A stretch of DNA of 22,138 bases from NCBI GenBank assembly GCA_038851565.1, contig JAWCKV010000014.1, positions 1-22,138 of the forward strand, written 5' to 3'. Shown here piece after piece: positions 6,803-16,172 of the stretch. The DNA is from Candidatus Hadarchaeales archaeon (lineage in GTDB: Archaea; Hadarchaeota; Hadarchaeia; Hadarchaeales; Hadarchaeaceae). Every line of letters starts with the position of its first letter. The first letter of the stretch is position 1. A program made the translations under genes and the position numbers. The notes beneath the pieces were generated by a model that worked only from the letters and a program-made list of their open reading frames with translations, made no database searches and was not told the DNA's origin.

Positions 6803-7405
6803 ATGCTAATGGCCGTGCTGCTGATGATACCCACGATCCTGATCCTCGGCCCAGGTGCAGGTGCGGTCCTTGCCCTGAGCAGCGGCTTTTCCACCGCTGA
6901 GGCCATCCTGGCTGTGAGCCTGATACACGTTGGACTTGTTCCGGTTTGGTTCGGAATATTCGAGCTTCTCAGGTACACGATCAGGTACGAGAGGAGGGTG
7001 CTGAGGAAGTTCTTGAGATACGGAAAGATAGAAAGGTCATTGCGGAGTGCCTCAAGGGCAAACCTGATCGAGTTCGAGAGAAGGGTGGGGCAGCTAGGCC
7101 TGGGACTGGGAACCGCTGTTTTCACGTTCATCTTTGGCATCTCCTGGGCAGCTCTGGTCGCCCTCGCCCTCAACGTAAAGAGGCGCACCATTTTCATCTC
7201 AATCGCCCTGGGGGCGCTCGCATCTGGGATCTTCTGGAGTGCAGCTTTTGCCGGGTTGGGCGTCCTTGTCCCAAACCTCTGGGCGATGTACATCCTCGGT
7301 TTTGTTGTGACGCTGTGGTTCATGACTTACAGCAGAAGGAAGGAGCGCAGGGTCATTCAGGAGATGTCGAGGACCTTGAGGAAAATCGGGGCGGATAGGT
7401 CCTAG
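6803..7405 (+). CDS. Integral membrane protein, possibly small multi-drug export (COG2426-like) family
   Basis: About 5 hydrophobic segments with a basic loop, and a GISWAALVALALNVK motif. ATG at 6803 follows GGTGA; the ORF-track start at 6710 lies inside the tRNA. Confidence 0.6.
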   Translation: MLMAVLLMIPTILILGPGAGAVLALSSGFSTAEAILAVSLIHVGLVPVWFGIFELLRYTIRYERRVLRKFLRYGKIERSLRSASRANLIEFERRVGQLGLGLGTAVFTFIFGISWAALVALALNVKRRTIFISIALGALASGIFWSAAFAGLGVLVPNLWAMYILGFVVTLWFMTYSRRKERRVIQEMSRTLRKIGADRS

Positions 7406-8541
7406 CCGATCATGCCCTTCTTCCAGAGGTACTCCGCCGCCAGGACCGCCCCCTTCGCTGCCCCGAGCTCCGTGTTGTGCGAGAGGACCGTGTACTGAAA
7501 GCCCCTCTCAAACGAGTTCGCCTCAACGCCTCCCACGGCCACAACCATCCCCCCTTCCATCATGCAGTCAAACCTGGGCTGGGGCCTGTCCCTCTCCTCC
7601 ATGACCACTATCGGCCTTTCAGGAGCGGTTGGAAGCTTCATCCTCTGGGGCTCCCCGACGTAGTTCCTCCACGCCCTCTTGAGAGATTCCACATCGCAGG
7701 TTTTAGAAGTCTGGATGAAAACGGACTCGGTGTGTCCGTGAAGCACCGGTACCCTGTTGCATTTGCAGGCGATTCTGAAGCCCGCTGGCTCTATCCTTCC
7801 AGACCTGAACTTTCCGAGTATCCTCAGGGTCTCCTTCCTCACCTTGTCCTCCTCTTTCTCGATGTATGGTATAACGTTGCCCTCGAAGGTTCCCGGAACG
7901 AATGAGTCCAGCTCGGTCGGGAGGGAGCTCCCCTGCGTCCTGCGCTGCTCAGCCCACCTCAAGACCGCGGCGTATCCGGCTCCGGAAACCGCCTGCATCG
8001 AGGCCATGATCACCCCCTCGAGTCCGAACTCATCGTGTATGGGCTTGAGCGAGAGGGCAAGGCCTATGGTGGTGCAGTTCGGCTGCGGAACGACGAATCC
8101 CTTCCATCCACGGCTTTTTTTCTGAACCTCGATCATCGCCACATGCTCTTCGTTGACGCCCGGAAGGTAGGTGAAGCTGTCCTCAAAGTAGCGATATGCG
8201 GAGGCCGTGCTCACCACGGGCTTCTCTCTTGCCACCCTTCCCTCCAGCTCCAGCGCAACCTCTGAGGGAAGCGCGGAAAAGAACAGCTCGGCGTTTTCCG
8301 TGGAGACCCTTGTCACATCCCTAACGCGCATATCCAAGATCTCATCTTTGGGGGCCTCCTTCAGGAGCCAGCGTGAGCCCGCTTCTCCGTAACCAAGCGC
8401 CTCCGAGTACGATCTCCCAGCGGATTTTTCGGACGCGTATAGGGCAGTTATCTCAAACCACGGGTGGCCCTGAAGGTTCACCACGAACTTCTGCCCGACC
8501 TCGCCTGTGGCCCCGAGGATCGCAACCGGGATTTTTTCCAT
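7402..8541 (-). CDS. asd: Aspartate-semialdehyde dehydrogenase
   Basis: GATGEVGQ Rossmann motif, catalytic PNCTT, MQAVSGAG, RVPVLHGH and SHNTELGAA. Confidence 0.95.
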   Translation of the reverse strand: MEKIPVAILGATGEVGQKFVVNLQGHPWFEITALYASEKSAGRSYSEALGYGEAGSRWLLKEAPKDEILDMRVRDVTRVSTENAELFFSALPSEVALELEGRVAREKPVVSTASAYRYFEDSFTYLPGVNEEHVAMIEVQKKSRGWKGFVVPQPNCTTIGLALSLKPIHDEFGLEGVIMASMQAVSGAGYAAVLRWAEQRRTQGSSLPTELDSFVPGTFEGNVIPYIEKEEDKVRKETLRILGKFRSGRIEPAGFRIACKCNRVPVLHGHTESVFIQTSKTCDVESLKRAWRNYVGEPQRMKLPTAPERPIVVMEERDRPQPRFDCMMEGGMVVAVGGVEANSFERGFQYTVLSHNTELGAAKGAVLAAEYLWKKGMIG

Positions 8542-8607
8542 GCTTCACCCACTCTAAATACGGCTAAACTCTTTTATCGGTTTTTGAAAAAGTCCTCTGG
8601 GACATGC

Positions 8608-8739
8608 ATGCCCAGGAGAAAATACGGCCATATGGTTGGCCCCCTTCCAAGCCCCCCAAAGCCGGAGAAGTGCAGGTTCTGCAGGCTTCGGCGCCCCTGT
8701 CCATATCACGGGGACAAGAAGGGAGGATCTGGGCGTTGA
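8608..8739 (+). CDS. Putative 43-aa basic zinc-binding microprotein
   Basis: MPRRKYGHMVGPLPSPPKPEKCRFCRLRRPCPYHGDKKGGSGR fills the asd-dapB gap and carries CxxC-x5-CxxH. TTTTAT lies about 30 nt upstream. Confidence 0.5.
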   Translation: MPRRKYGHMVGPLPSPPKPEKCRFCRLRRPCPYHGDKKGGSGR

Positions 8740-8742
8740 CCT

Positions 8743-9519
8743 TTATCTCAGCCCAAGCACGTCATCCATCCCGTGTATCTCTCCGGGCTTTCCCCCCTTC
8801 ACGACGTGCCTTATGGCATTCACGACGCCTGCGACGAACGCCTCCCGGCTATTTGCCCTGTGAGCGATCTCAATTCTCTCCTCCGGCCTAGAGAATATCA
8901 CGGCGTGCTCTCCCACCACCTCCCCTTCCCTGATGGATTTTATCGGTATTTCATCGTGTGCCCTGCCGAGCGCCCTAGCCAGGATCTCGGCGGCCTTCTT
9001 CGCGGTGCCGCTCGGTGCGTCCTTTTTGTGAACGTGATGTACCTCCACTATCTCAACGTCGTATTCCGGGCCGAGCATTTGCGCGGCGTGCTCAATAGTT
9101 TTGAAGAACACGTTGACCCCCACCGACATGTTTGGCGATATCACAGCGGGAATCCTCCCCCTTTTTATTGTTTCCTCAATGGTCTTCATCTGTTCTCCTG
9201 TGAATCCGGTGGTCCCAACCACCACAGCCGCTCCAGCATCCGCAGCGGCCTTCACGTTTTCCACGGCAGCAGATGCGTTCGTGAAGTCCACAAGTACCTC
9301 GGGACTTGAACCTGCCAGCACTTCCCTGATTCGATCCGCACCCGCTATCTTCACGCCGATGCTCCCGACTCCCGCGACAACCCCGGCGTCCTTACCTATC
9401 TCCGGATTGTCCGGGGCATCCACGGCCCCCACGAGCTTCATGTCCTTCTCTCTGGAGATCTGCCGGACTATGAGCCTGCCCATGCGCCCGCAGGCCCCGC
9501 ACACAACCACCCTTATCAC
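8743..9519 (-). CDS. dapB: 4-hydroxy-tetrahydrodipicolinate reductase
   Basis: GACGRMG, VDFT, VVGTTG, PNMSVGVN and EVHHVHKKDAPSGTA. Confidence 0.96.
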   Translation of the reverse strand: MIRVVVCGACGRMGRLIVRQISREKDMKLVGAVDAPDNPEIGKDAGVVAGVGSIGVKIAGADRIREVLAGSSPEVLVDFTNASAAVENVKAAADAGAAVVVGTTGFTGEQMKTIEETIKRGRIPAVISPNMSVGVNVFFKTIEHAAQMLGPEYDVEIVEVHHVHKKDAPSGTAKKAAEILARALGRAHDEIPIKSIREGEVVGEHAVIFSRPEERIEIAHRANSREAFVAGVVNAIRHVVKGGKPGEIHGMDDVLGLR

Positions 9520-10400
9520 GGTCGCACCAGCTTCATTTCGGCAAGAACCTGTCGAAGCTTTTTCTGGTTCTCGGGCTCCATCTCCACCAGCGGAAGCCTG
9601 ACCCCTCCCGCTGGCATCCCCATCCAGTTCATGGCAGTCTTCACCGGAGCGGGATTGGTCTCTATGAAGAGGGCCTTGTAGAGCGGCCGGAGTTCTCTAT
9701 CTATCCTCTCCGCCCTCTCAACGTCACCCGACCGAAAGGCCTCGATCATGGCAGCCACTTTGTCCGGAACGATGTTCGATGCCACTGATATCACCCCAAC
9801 TCCCCCCAGCTTCATCATCTCAAGTGTGTCGGAGTCGTTTCCGGATATCACCACAAAGTCCTCGCCGCGAGTTAGCTCAATTATCCTCCTCACCTGGTTC
9901 ATGTCGCCGCTCGCCTCCTTCACCCCAACTATGTTCTTGAGCCTCGCCAGCTTTGCCATGGTCTCCGGAAGCATGTTCACACCGGTCCGGGAGGGGATGT
10001 TGTATATCACCTGGGGGATGTCCACCTCCTCCGCGATTTTCTTGAAGTGTGCGTAAAGGCCGGCCTGCGTCGGCCTGTTGTAGTACGGGACCACAAGGAG
10101 GGCCCCATCCGCCCCGGCCTCCTTGGCGTGCCTCGTGAGCATGATGGCCTCCCATGTGCTGTTGCTTCCGGTTCCGGCGAGGACGGGCACCCTCCCGTTC
10201 GCTGCCTCCACCACGATGTCCACAACGCGGTTGTGCTCCTCGTAGGAAAGCGTGGAGCACTCTCCGGTCGTTCCCACGGGCACCAGGCCGTGTATCCCGC
10301 TCCTTATCTGGAACTCCACGTTCTTTTTCAGTCCTTCTTCGTCCAGCTCTCCATCCGGGCCAAAAGGCGTGACCATCGCTGTATATGCGCCCTCAAACAT
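9516..10400 (-). CDS. dapA: 4-hydroxy-tetrahydrodipicolinate synthase
   Basis: VTPF, GTTGE, PYYN, YNIPSRTG, GVKEASG and FIETNPAPVK. Confidence 0.96.
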   Translation of the reverse strand: MFEGAYTAMVTPFGPDGELDEEGLKKNVEFQIRSGIHGLVPVGTTGECSTLSYEEHNRVVDIVVEAANGRVPVLAGTGSNSTWEAIMLTRHAKEAGADGALLVVPYYNRPTQAGLYAHFKKIAEEVDIPQVIYNIPSRTGVNMLPETMAKLARLKNIVGVKEASGDMNQVRRIIELTRGEDFVVISGNDSDTLEMMKLGGVGVISVASNIVPDKVAAMIEAFRSGDVERAERIDRELRPLYKALFIETNPAPVKTAMNWMGMPAGGVRLPLVEMEPENQKKLRQVLAEMKLVRP

Positions 10401-10410
10401 CCCCTGTCCC

Positions 10411-11631
10411 CTATATGTTCTCCATTCCCTTCCTGAAAAGCCTGAGCGCCTTCTCCCTGTCCTCCCACTTCACGAAGAAGCTGATGGATGCCCTGCTTGA
10501 AAGTATCTCGACTATGTTTATTCCGGCCTCCGCCACCGGTGCAGTAAGCTTGGCGATTACTCCGGGCGTGTATATGAACTTCTCGCTCTGGGCCACTATC
10601 ATCGCCAGCCTCTCCTCGCTTGTTACGGCCTTCATGTGTTTGTCCCTGAGCACGACATCGTGGATGAGCCTGAGCGCCTTCTCCGCGTCATCGTTGGACA
10701 CGTAAACTGAGAACGACCTCGGGCCTATGGAAACTCCAAATATGTTGATCTTCGCCCTGCTGAGGGGCTGCGCCACCTTTGCGAGTATGCCAGGGGTGCG
10801 CTGCATTTCCTCGCCCACCACGGTGAGCATGCAGAGCATCTTCTCGAAGAGCTCCACCCCGGCGGTCTCCTCCTCCCTTGGCCCTATTATTATGGTCCCC
10901 CCCGCTCTCAGGTTTCCATGCCTGAAGTGTATAACCCTTGCTCTTATATCAGGATCCTTGTAGTTCATCGCCCTGCTGTGCATCACCCTTGCCCCGAACC
11001 TGGCGAGATCCCTCATCTCCTCCACGGTGAGTTCGTTTATGATGCGCGTCCCCCTGACCATGTTCGGGTCTGCGGTCATCACACCGTCGACATCGGTAAC
11101 GATTATCACCTCGTCTGCCTTTGCGCATTTACCGATCAGGAATCCCGTCGTGTCGCTTCCTCCCCTCCCTATGGTCGTGATTTCACCCGATGGCGTGCGT
11201 CCCAGGAAGCCGCATATCACCGGAACCGCCCCCTTTTCCATGATGGGAACTATATGCCTCCTCACCCTCCTCTGGGTCTCCTTGAGGTCTATGTTTGCCT
11301 CCTCAAACCTGTCGTCAGTTATAACGGGCCACCTCTCATCGAGCGGATCTATGAACTCACATGGAATGCCCAGCTTTCTGAGGGCGGACGAGAATATCCT
11401 CACGCTGACCCTTTCCCCCATCGCCATTATGTAGTCCATCTCCTTCTTGCTCCACTTTCCGCACCTCTGGGCTGCCTCCACCAGCGCGTCCGTGGTGTGC
11501 CCCATTGCGGACACCACAACCGCGACCTGGTTTCCTTTTTTGTATTCCCTTGCGACCGCCCTAGCGCAGAGATGGACCCGTTCCATGTTGCCGACGCTGG
11601 TGCCGCCGAACTTCACGACCAGCCTTTCCAA
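10411..11631 (-). CDS. lysC: Aspartate kinase with C-terminal ACT domains
   Basis: VVKFGGTSV, VVSAMGHTTD, TTIGRGGSD and TDVDGVMTADP. The TTG start directly follows the lysA stop. Confidence 0.94.
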   Translation of the reverse strand: MERLVVKFGGTSVGNMERVHLCARAVAREYKKGNQVAVVVSAMGHTTDALVEAAQRCGKWSKKEMDYIMAMGERVSVRIFSSALRKLGIPCEFIDPLDERWPVITDDRFEEANIDLKETQRRVRRHIVPIMEKGAVPVICGFLGRTPSGEITTIGRGGSDTTGFLIGKCAKADEVIIVTDVDGVMTADPNMVRGTRIINELTVEEMRDLARFGARVMHSRAMNYKDPDIRARVIHFRHGNLRAGGTIIIGPREEETAGVELFEKMLCMLTVVGEEMQRTPGILAKVAQPLSRAKINIFGVSIGPRSFSVYVSNDDAEKALRLIHDVVLRDKHMKAVTSEERLAMIVAQSEKFIYTPGVIAKLTAPVAEAGINIVEILSSRASISFFVKWEDREKALRLFRKGMENI

Positions 11632-12936
11632 TCACATCCACCCGGGCACCCTGTCGAGCTGGGTGAGGTACTCAAAGGTTTCCCTCTCCCGCACCACTTC
11701 AGCCTTCCCATTGTTCACCATGACCATCGCCGGACGGGGCTGGGCGGTGTGCTGGTTTGACATGGATAGCCCGTACGCCCCAACGTCGAATATCACCGCG
11801 AGGTCGCCCTGCTCCGGCTTCTGCAGCATCCTTTCCTTGCCCAGGAAATCCCCCGACTCGCACAGCGGCCCGGCCACATTGACCAAGACCTCATTCTTCT
11901 CGGATATCTTGTTTGCAAGTTCTATGTGGTGGTATGCCCCGTAGAGCGCGGGCCTTATCAGCGCATTCATGCCGGCGTCCACGGACACCCATGTGGGCAT
12001 TCCCGGCCTCTCCTTCACGTAGCCGACCCTTGCGAGCAGGACTGTGGAATCGCCCACGATGTACCTGCCGGGCTCAAGGCAAACAGTGAGGTCAGGTATG
12101 TTCCTCTCCTCAACCACCCTCCTCACCACCCCTATCATCCTCTCGGCAACCTCCCCGGGCTGCAGCTCGCGATCCTCAGGCCTGTACGGGATCCCTATCC
12201 CGCCGCCGAAGTCCACGTGCGAGAGCCATATCCCGGTTTCCTCCTTCACCTGCACGAGGAGCGCCATCAGTTTCTCTGCCTCCTCCAAGAATGGAGCTGT
12301 GTCGAGCAGCTGCGAGCCTATGTGTGCGTGGATCCCCAGCACCTCAACCTCCTTCATCCTGGCAGCCGCCTTGTAGGCCTCGATCGCCTGTCCGCTCAGA
12401 ACATCAAAACCGAACTTGCTTTCCCTGAGGCCCGTTGCTATGTAGGGATGTGTGTCCACCCTGACATCCGGGTTAACCCTGAACCCGATCCTGGCCTTCT
12501 TCCCCAGCTTTCCCGCGATGCGTCCCACCGCCTTCAGCTCCTGGAAGTTATCGACGTTTATCATCACTCCGTTTGCCACGCACATCTCGAGCTCCCTCTC
12601 GGTCTTGTAGTTTCCGTTGAAGACCATGTCCTTCGGCTCGATGCCTGCTCTCATCGCTATCCTCAGCTCGCTGAGGGAGCTCACGTCCGCCCCCGCCCCC
12701 TCGGTTTGGAGAACCTTGACCACTGCGGTGTTGAAGTTGGCCTTAAGCGCGTAGAACACCTTGACCCTCGGCCACCTCTCGGAGAAAGCCCTGTAAAACC
12801 TCCTGTATTTTTCCCTTATCCTCTGCTCGTCGGTAACGTAGAGCGGCGTCCCGAATCGCTCCGCCAGCTCGACCGCATCCACCCCGCCTATTGTCAGGTG
12901 ACCCCTCGAGTTCACGCCGAAGTGTGATTTCAGCAT
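11632..12936 (-). CDS. lysA: Diaminopimelate decarboxylase
   Basis: FGTPLYV, YALKAN (PLP lysine), HAHIGSQ, DFGGG, EPGRYIV, GPLCESGD and GAYG. The true start is ATG at 12936, overlapping the upstream stop (TGATG). Confidence 0.94.
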   Translation of the reverse strand: MLKSHFGVNSRGHLTIGGVDAVELAERFGTPLYVTDEQRIREKYRRFYRAFSERWPRVKVFYALKANFNTAVVKVLQTEGAGADVSSLSELRIAMRAGIEPKDMVFNGNYKTERELEMCVANGVMINVDNFQELKAVGRIAGKLGKKARIGFRVNPDVRVDTHPYIATGLRESKFGFDVLSGQAIEAYKAAARMKEVEVLGIHAHIGSQLLDTAPFLEEAEKLMALLVQVKEETGIWLSHVDFGGGIGIPYRPEDRELQPGEVAERMIGVVRRVVEERNIPDLTVCLEPGRYIVGDSTVLLARVGYVKERPGMPTWVSVDAGMNALIRPALYGAYHHIELANKISEKNEVLVNVAGPLCESGDFLGKERMLQKPEQGDLAVIFDVGAYGLSMSNQHTAQPRPAMVMVNNGKAEVVRERETFEYLTQLDRVPGWM

Positions 12937-14288
12937 CAGCACCTGCGCTCCACCTCCCTTATGGATTCCTCGAGGATGTCGAGCCCCAGCTCGAGGTCCC
13001 TCTCCGGAATTGTGAAGTTGGGGGCTATCCTTATGGAGGACTTCCCTCCCCTGAACAGGAGCAGCCCACGCTTGAGCGCCTCCTGCATCACCATCTCCCT
13101 CTCGTCCACCCCGTAGTCCTTCGTGTTCCTGGACTTCACGAACTCGATCGCCATCAGGAACCCCATCCCCCTGACGTCTCCAACTATTTTTGATTTCTCC
13201 CCGATTTCCTTCAGCCGCTTCAGCGCTTTCTTCCCCAGCCTCGCCACCCTGTCGACCAGCCTTTCCTCCTTCAGGATCTTCAGCCCCTCTATTGCGGCGG
13301 CGCACGCCACCAGATTGCCTCCAAACGTGGAGGCATGTGCGCCTGGCTTCCAGTCCATGATGCTCTCCCTCGCTATTGTGGCCCCTATCGGCGCGATCCC
13401 GCCCCCGAGTCCCTTCGCAAGGCATATTATGTCGGGAACCACTCCCCAGTGCTCTATCGCGAACATCTTTCCAGATCTTCCAAGCCCCGTCTGTATCTCA
13501 TCAGCTATGAAAATCCAACCGTTCTCCTCGCATAGCTCCTTGAGCATCGGGTAGAAATCCGGTGGAGGTATCACGTATCCTGAGGTCCCCTGGATGGGCT
13601 CTGTTATCACGGCCGCAACCTCGTTTGCAGGCACCCTGTCCCTCGTCGCCCTGATTATGTACTCTATGCACATGTGAGATACCTCGGAGGGTTTCCAGCC
13701 CATTGGCGGCCTGTATGGATTTGGAAACGGCATGAAGCTCACCCCGGGAACCAGCGGCGCGAAGCGCTCGGAGTACTTCACGTTGCTGGTTAGGCTGAGG
13801 GAGCCCATGGTCCTTCCGTGAAATCCGCCCTCGAAGGCTATCATCCTGGGACGCCCCGTGTGCCACCTCACGCACTTGAAGGCTGCTTCAACCGCCTCAG
13901 TCCCGCTGTTGGACAGAAAGACCTTTTTGTTAAACCTTCCGGGCGTCATGCTGACCAGGCGCTCAGCGAGGTCGACCTGTGCCTCATAGTAAAAGTCGGT
14001 CCCGGCGAAGTGTGTCAGTTTTCTCAGCTGCTTCTCCACAGCAGCGATGAGCCTCGGATGGGAGTACCCGTAGTTCATCACAAACATTCCGGAGGTCAGG
14101 TCTAGTATGACGTTTCCATCCACGTCCTTTATGTAACATCCCCATCCTTCCTCAGCCACCACGGGCTCAGCTCGGGTGTATGAGGGTGACATGACCCTCC
14201 TGTCCCTCCTGAGAAGCCTCTTCGCGCGTGGTCCCGGAATCAGGCTTTTTATCCTCGGGCCACCCCCGACCCAGGATGGTTTTTTCAC
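12936..14288 (-). CDS. Class III PLP-dependent aminotransferase (acetylornithine/4-aminobutyrate aminotransferase family)
   Basis: DVDGN, NSGTEAVE, FHGRT, EPIQG, DEIQTGLGRSG, AKGLGGG (PLP lysine) and HASTFGGN. First gene of the lysine cluster. Confidence 0.9.
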   Translation of the reverse strand: MKKPSWVGGGPRIKSLIPGPRAKRLLRRDRRVMSPSYTRAEPVVAEEGWGCYIKDVDGNVILDLTSGMFVMNYGYSHPRLIAAVEKQLRKLTHFAGTDFYYEAQVDLAERLVSMTPGRFNKKVFLSNSGTEAVEAAFKCVRWHTGRPRMIAFEGGFHGRTMGSLSLTSNVKYSERFAPLVPGVSFMPFPNPYRPPMGWKPSEVSHMCIEYIIRATRDRVPANEVAAVITEPIQGTSGYVIPPPDFYPMLKELCEENGWIFIADEIQTGLGRSGKMFAIEHWGVVPDIICLAKGLGGGIAPIGATIARESIMDWKPGAHASTFGGNLVACAAAIEGLKILKEERLVDRVARLGKKALKRLKEIGEKSKIVGDVRGMGFLMAIEFVKSRNTKDYGVDEREMVMQEALKRGLLLFRGGKSSIRIAPNFTIPERDLELGLDILEESIREVERRC

Positions 14289-14314
14289 GGTCGCACCTTC
14301 TTACAAATCAGCAT

Positions 14315-14336
14315 CATCTGGTTATAAAAATAGATG
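14315..14336 (-). promoter_or_regulatory. TATA box of the lysine operon flanked by a short inverted repeat
   Basis: CATCT-GGTTATAAAAAT-AGATG. The minus strand reads TTTTTATAAC about 33 nt upstream of the GTG start. Confidence 0.45.
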
Positions 14337-14400
14337 TAGCGGAAAACTGGGGGATGTAGGCTGGTTTTATTTGGCTAATGGTAAGTTCATCTGGTGGAAT

Positions 14401-15300
14401 ATGGCAGCGGGTGAGGAGGTCACGTTGGAGGCGGTCAGGCGCGTGTTGCCAGAAAGGCGCCCGGATGCCCACAAGGGGGATCATGGAAGGGTGGTTGTCG
14501 TGGGCGGAAGCGTGAGGTACGTGGGGGCTCCAGCGCTTGCAGCGTTGGCCGCACTGAGGACAGGATCGGATCTCGCGATAGTGGCAGCTCCGGAAAAGAC
14601 CGCCTGGGCGATCAACGCCCTCTCTCCCGACCTCATAACCGTAAAGCTTCCCTGTGAAAACCTTGAGCCCGGGTCGGTCGATGAGATACTTGAGGAGGCT
14701 GCGAGGTCAAACGCGATGGTGGTCGGTCCGGGCCTTGGCAACGATAAAAAAACTTTGGAGGCGGTTGGGCTGCTTCTGCAGGACATCAGGAGAAGTTATC
14801 CGCGGCTTCCGCTGGTGATAGACGCGGACGCGCTGAGGACATTTCCACCGGAGATCTCCCGCGGGATGCCCTGGGTTCTAACCCCTCACGCGGGTGAGCT
14901 CGCAGAGATGACTGGTCACGCGCCGCCCTCTGTGCTCGATGAGCGGATCAAGTCCGCGGAGATGGCATCAAGGAAGTTCGGATGCGTGGTGCTCCTCAAG
15001 GGAAGAATTGACGTGATCTCATCCCCGGATGGAGGAAGGATGCTGAACAGGACCGGTAATCCCGGCATGACCGTGGGGGGCACCGGGGACGTCCTCTCCG
15101 GGATAGTGGGCTCCCTTCTCGGACAGGGGGTGGGGCCGTTTGAGGCAGCATGGGCTGGGGCATTGATATGCGGGAGGGCCGGAGACCTCTGTATGAGGGA
15201 AAAGGGTTATGAATTCATAGCGTCAGATTTACTGGACAAAATACCAGAGGTGTTTGGAGAGATAAGGAGGAAGAGACGTGGCAAAGTTCGAGGTCGCTGA
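14401..15300 (+). CDS. nnrD: NAD(P)H-hydrate dehydratase (YjeF C-terminal domain, stand-alone)
   Basis: [37 protein letters not shown] and [13 protein letters not shown]. Start at ATG 14401; the ORF-track extension overlaps the divergent gene. Confidence 0.92.
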   Translation: MAAGEEVTLEAVRRVLPERRPDAHKGDHGRVVVVGGSVRYVGAPALAALAALRTGSDLAIVAAPEKTAWAINALSPDLITVKLPCENLEPGSVDEILEEAARSNAMVVGPGLGNDKKTLEAVGLLLQDIRRSYPRLPLVIDADALRTFPPEISRGMPWVLTPHAGELAEMTGHAPPSVLDERIKSAEMASRKFGCVVLLKGRIDVISSPDGGRMLNRTGNPGMTVGGTGDVLSGIVGSLLGQGVGPFEAAWAGALICGRAGDLCMREKGYEFIASDLLDKIPEVFGEIRRKRRGKVRGR

Positions 15301-15424
15301 GAGGCGGATATTCAACGTGAAGATATGCATGAGATGTTACGCTCACAACCCGATCAAGGCCACAAAGTGCAGAAAGTGCGGTTACTCAGGGCTCAGGCCG
15401 AAGTCGAGGGAAGAGCGTGCGTAG
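15278..15424 (+). CDS. rpl40e: 50S ribosomal protein L40e
   Basis: Below the ORF-track size cut-off. [48 protein letters not shown], with a GTG start after an AGGA-rich RBS. Confidence 0.95.
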   Translation: MAKFEVAERRIFNVKICMRCYAHNPIKATKCRKCGYSGLRPKSREERA

Positions 15425-16172
15425 GGTCGAGGAAAGGCTGAGGAAGATCATAAAGAGGGATGGTGCGGCCCACCTCACCCTGATAGACCCGGAGAAGCAG
15501 GACCCCAGAGCTGCGGGAAGGATCGCGCGCGATGCCGCCGATGCTGGGACTGATGGCATAATGGTGGGGGGATCGACCGGGGCTACAGGGAAGGTGCTGG
15601 ATGAAACCGTGCTTTCGATAAAGAGGTCCACGGACCTTCCGATAATACTTTTTCCTCCGGGTGAGGGAGGAATATCGAGGCATGCAGACGCGATATTCTT
15701 CATGAGCATGCTAAACTCAACTGATCCATATTTCCTCTCCGAGGCCCAGATGAGGGGAGCGCCTCTCGTGAGGAAGTTCGGAATAGAGCCGATACCTATG
15801 GGCTATATACTCATAGAGCCAGGCGGGGCGGCTGGAAGGGTGGGGAAGGCCAGGCTGGTGCCCAGGGAGAGGTCAGATCTGGCGGTGGCGTATGCCCTGG
15901 CTGCGCAGTACTTCGGGATGCGGTTTATCTACTTGGAGGCCGGCTCCGGCGCTGATCGTCCCGTCCCGGTGGAGATGGTGAGGGCGGTTAGGAGGAACAC
16001 GGAGGTCACGCTCATAGTGGGAGGCGGAATAAGAACCCCGGAGGCAGCAGGGGAGAGGGTCAGGGCCGGGGCCGACATAATAGTTACGGGGACAATTGCG
16101 GAGAATGCCGGAGATCGCGTGAGGGTCTTGGGCGAGATAATAAGGACAATTAAATCATGCGCCTGTGCTTAG
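15417..16172 (+). CDS. Geranylgeranylglyceryl phosphate synthase
   Basis: [48 protein letters not shown] and GADIIVTGT. Confidence 0.94.
   Translation: MRRVEERLRKIIKRDGAAHLTLIDPEKQDPRAAGRIARDAADAGTDGIMVGGSTGATGKVLDETVLSIKRSTDLPIILFPPGEGGISRHADAIFFMSMLNSTDPYFLSEAQMRGAPLVRKFGIEPIPMGYILIEPGGAAGRVGKARLVPRERSDLAVAYALAAQYFGMRFIYLEAGSGADRPVPVEMVRAVRRNTEVTLIVGGGIRTPEAAGERVRAGADIIVTGTIAENAGDRVRVLGEIIRTIKSCACA

Noticed and set aside
12937..13425. 163-aa N-terminal extension of LysA suggesting a fusion
   Set aside because: It is an alternative frame over the aminotransferase gene. LysA homology starts at ATG 12936, which is coupled to the upstream stop.
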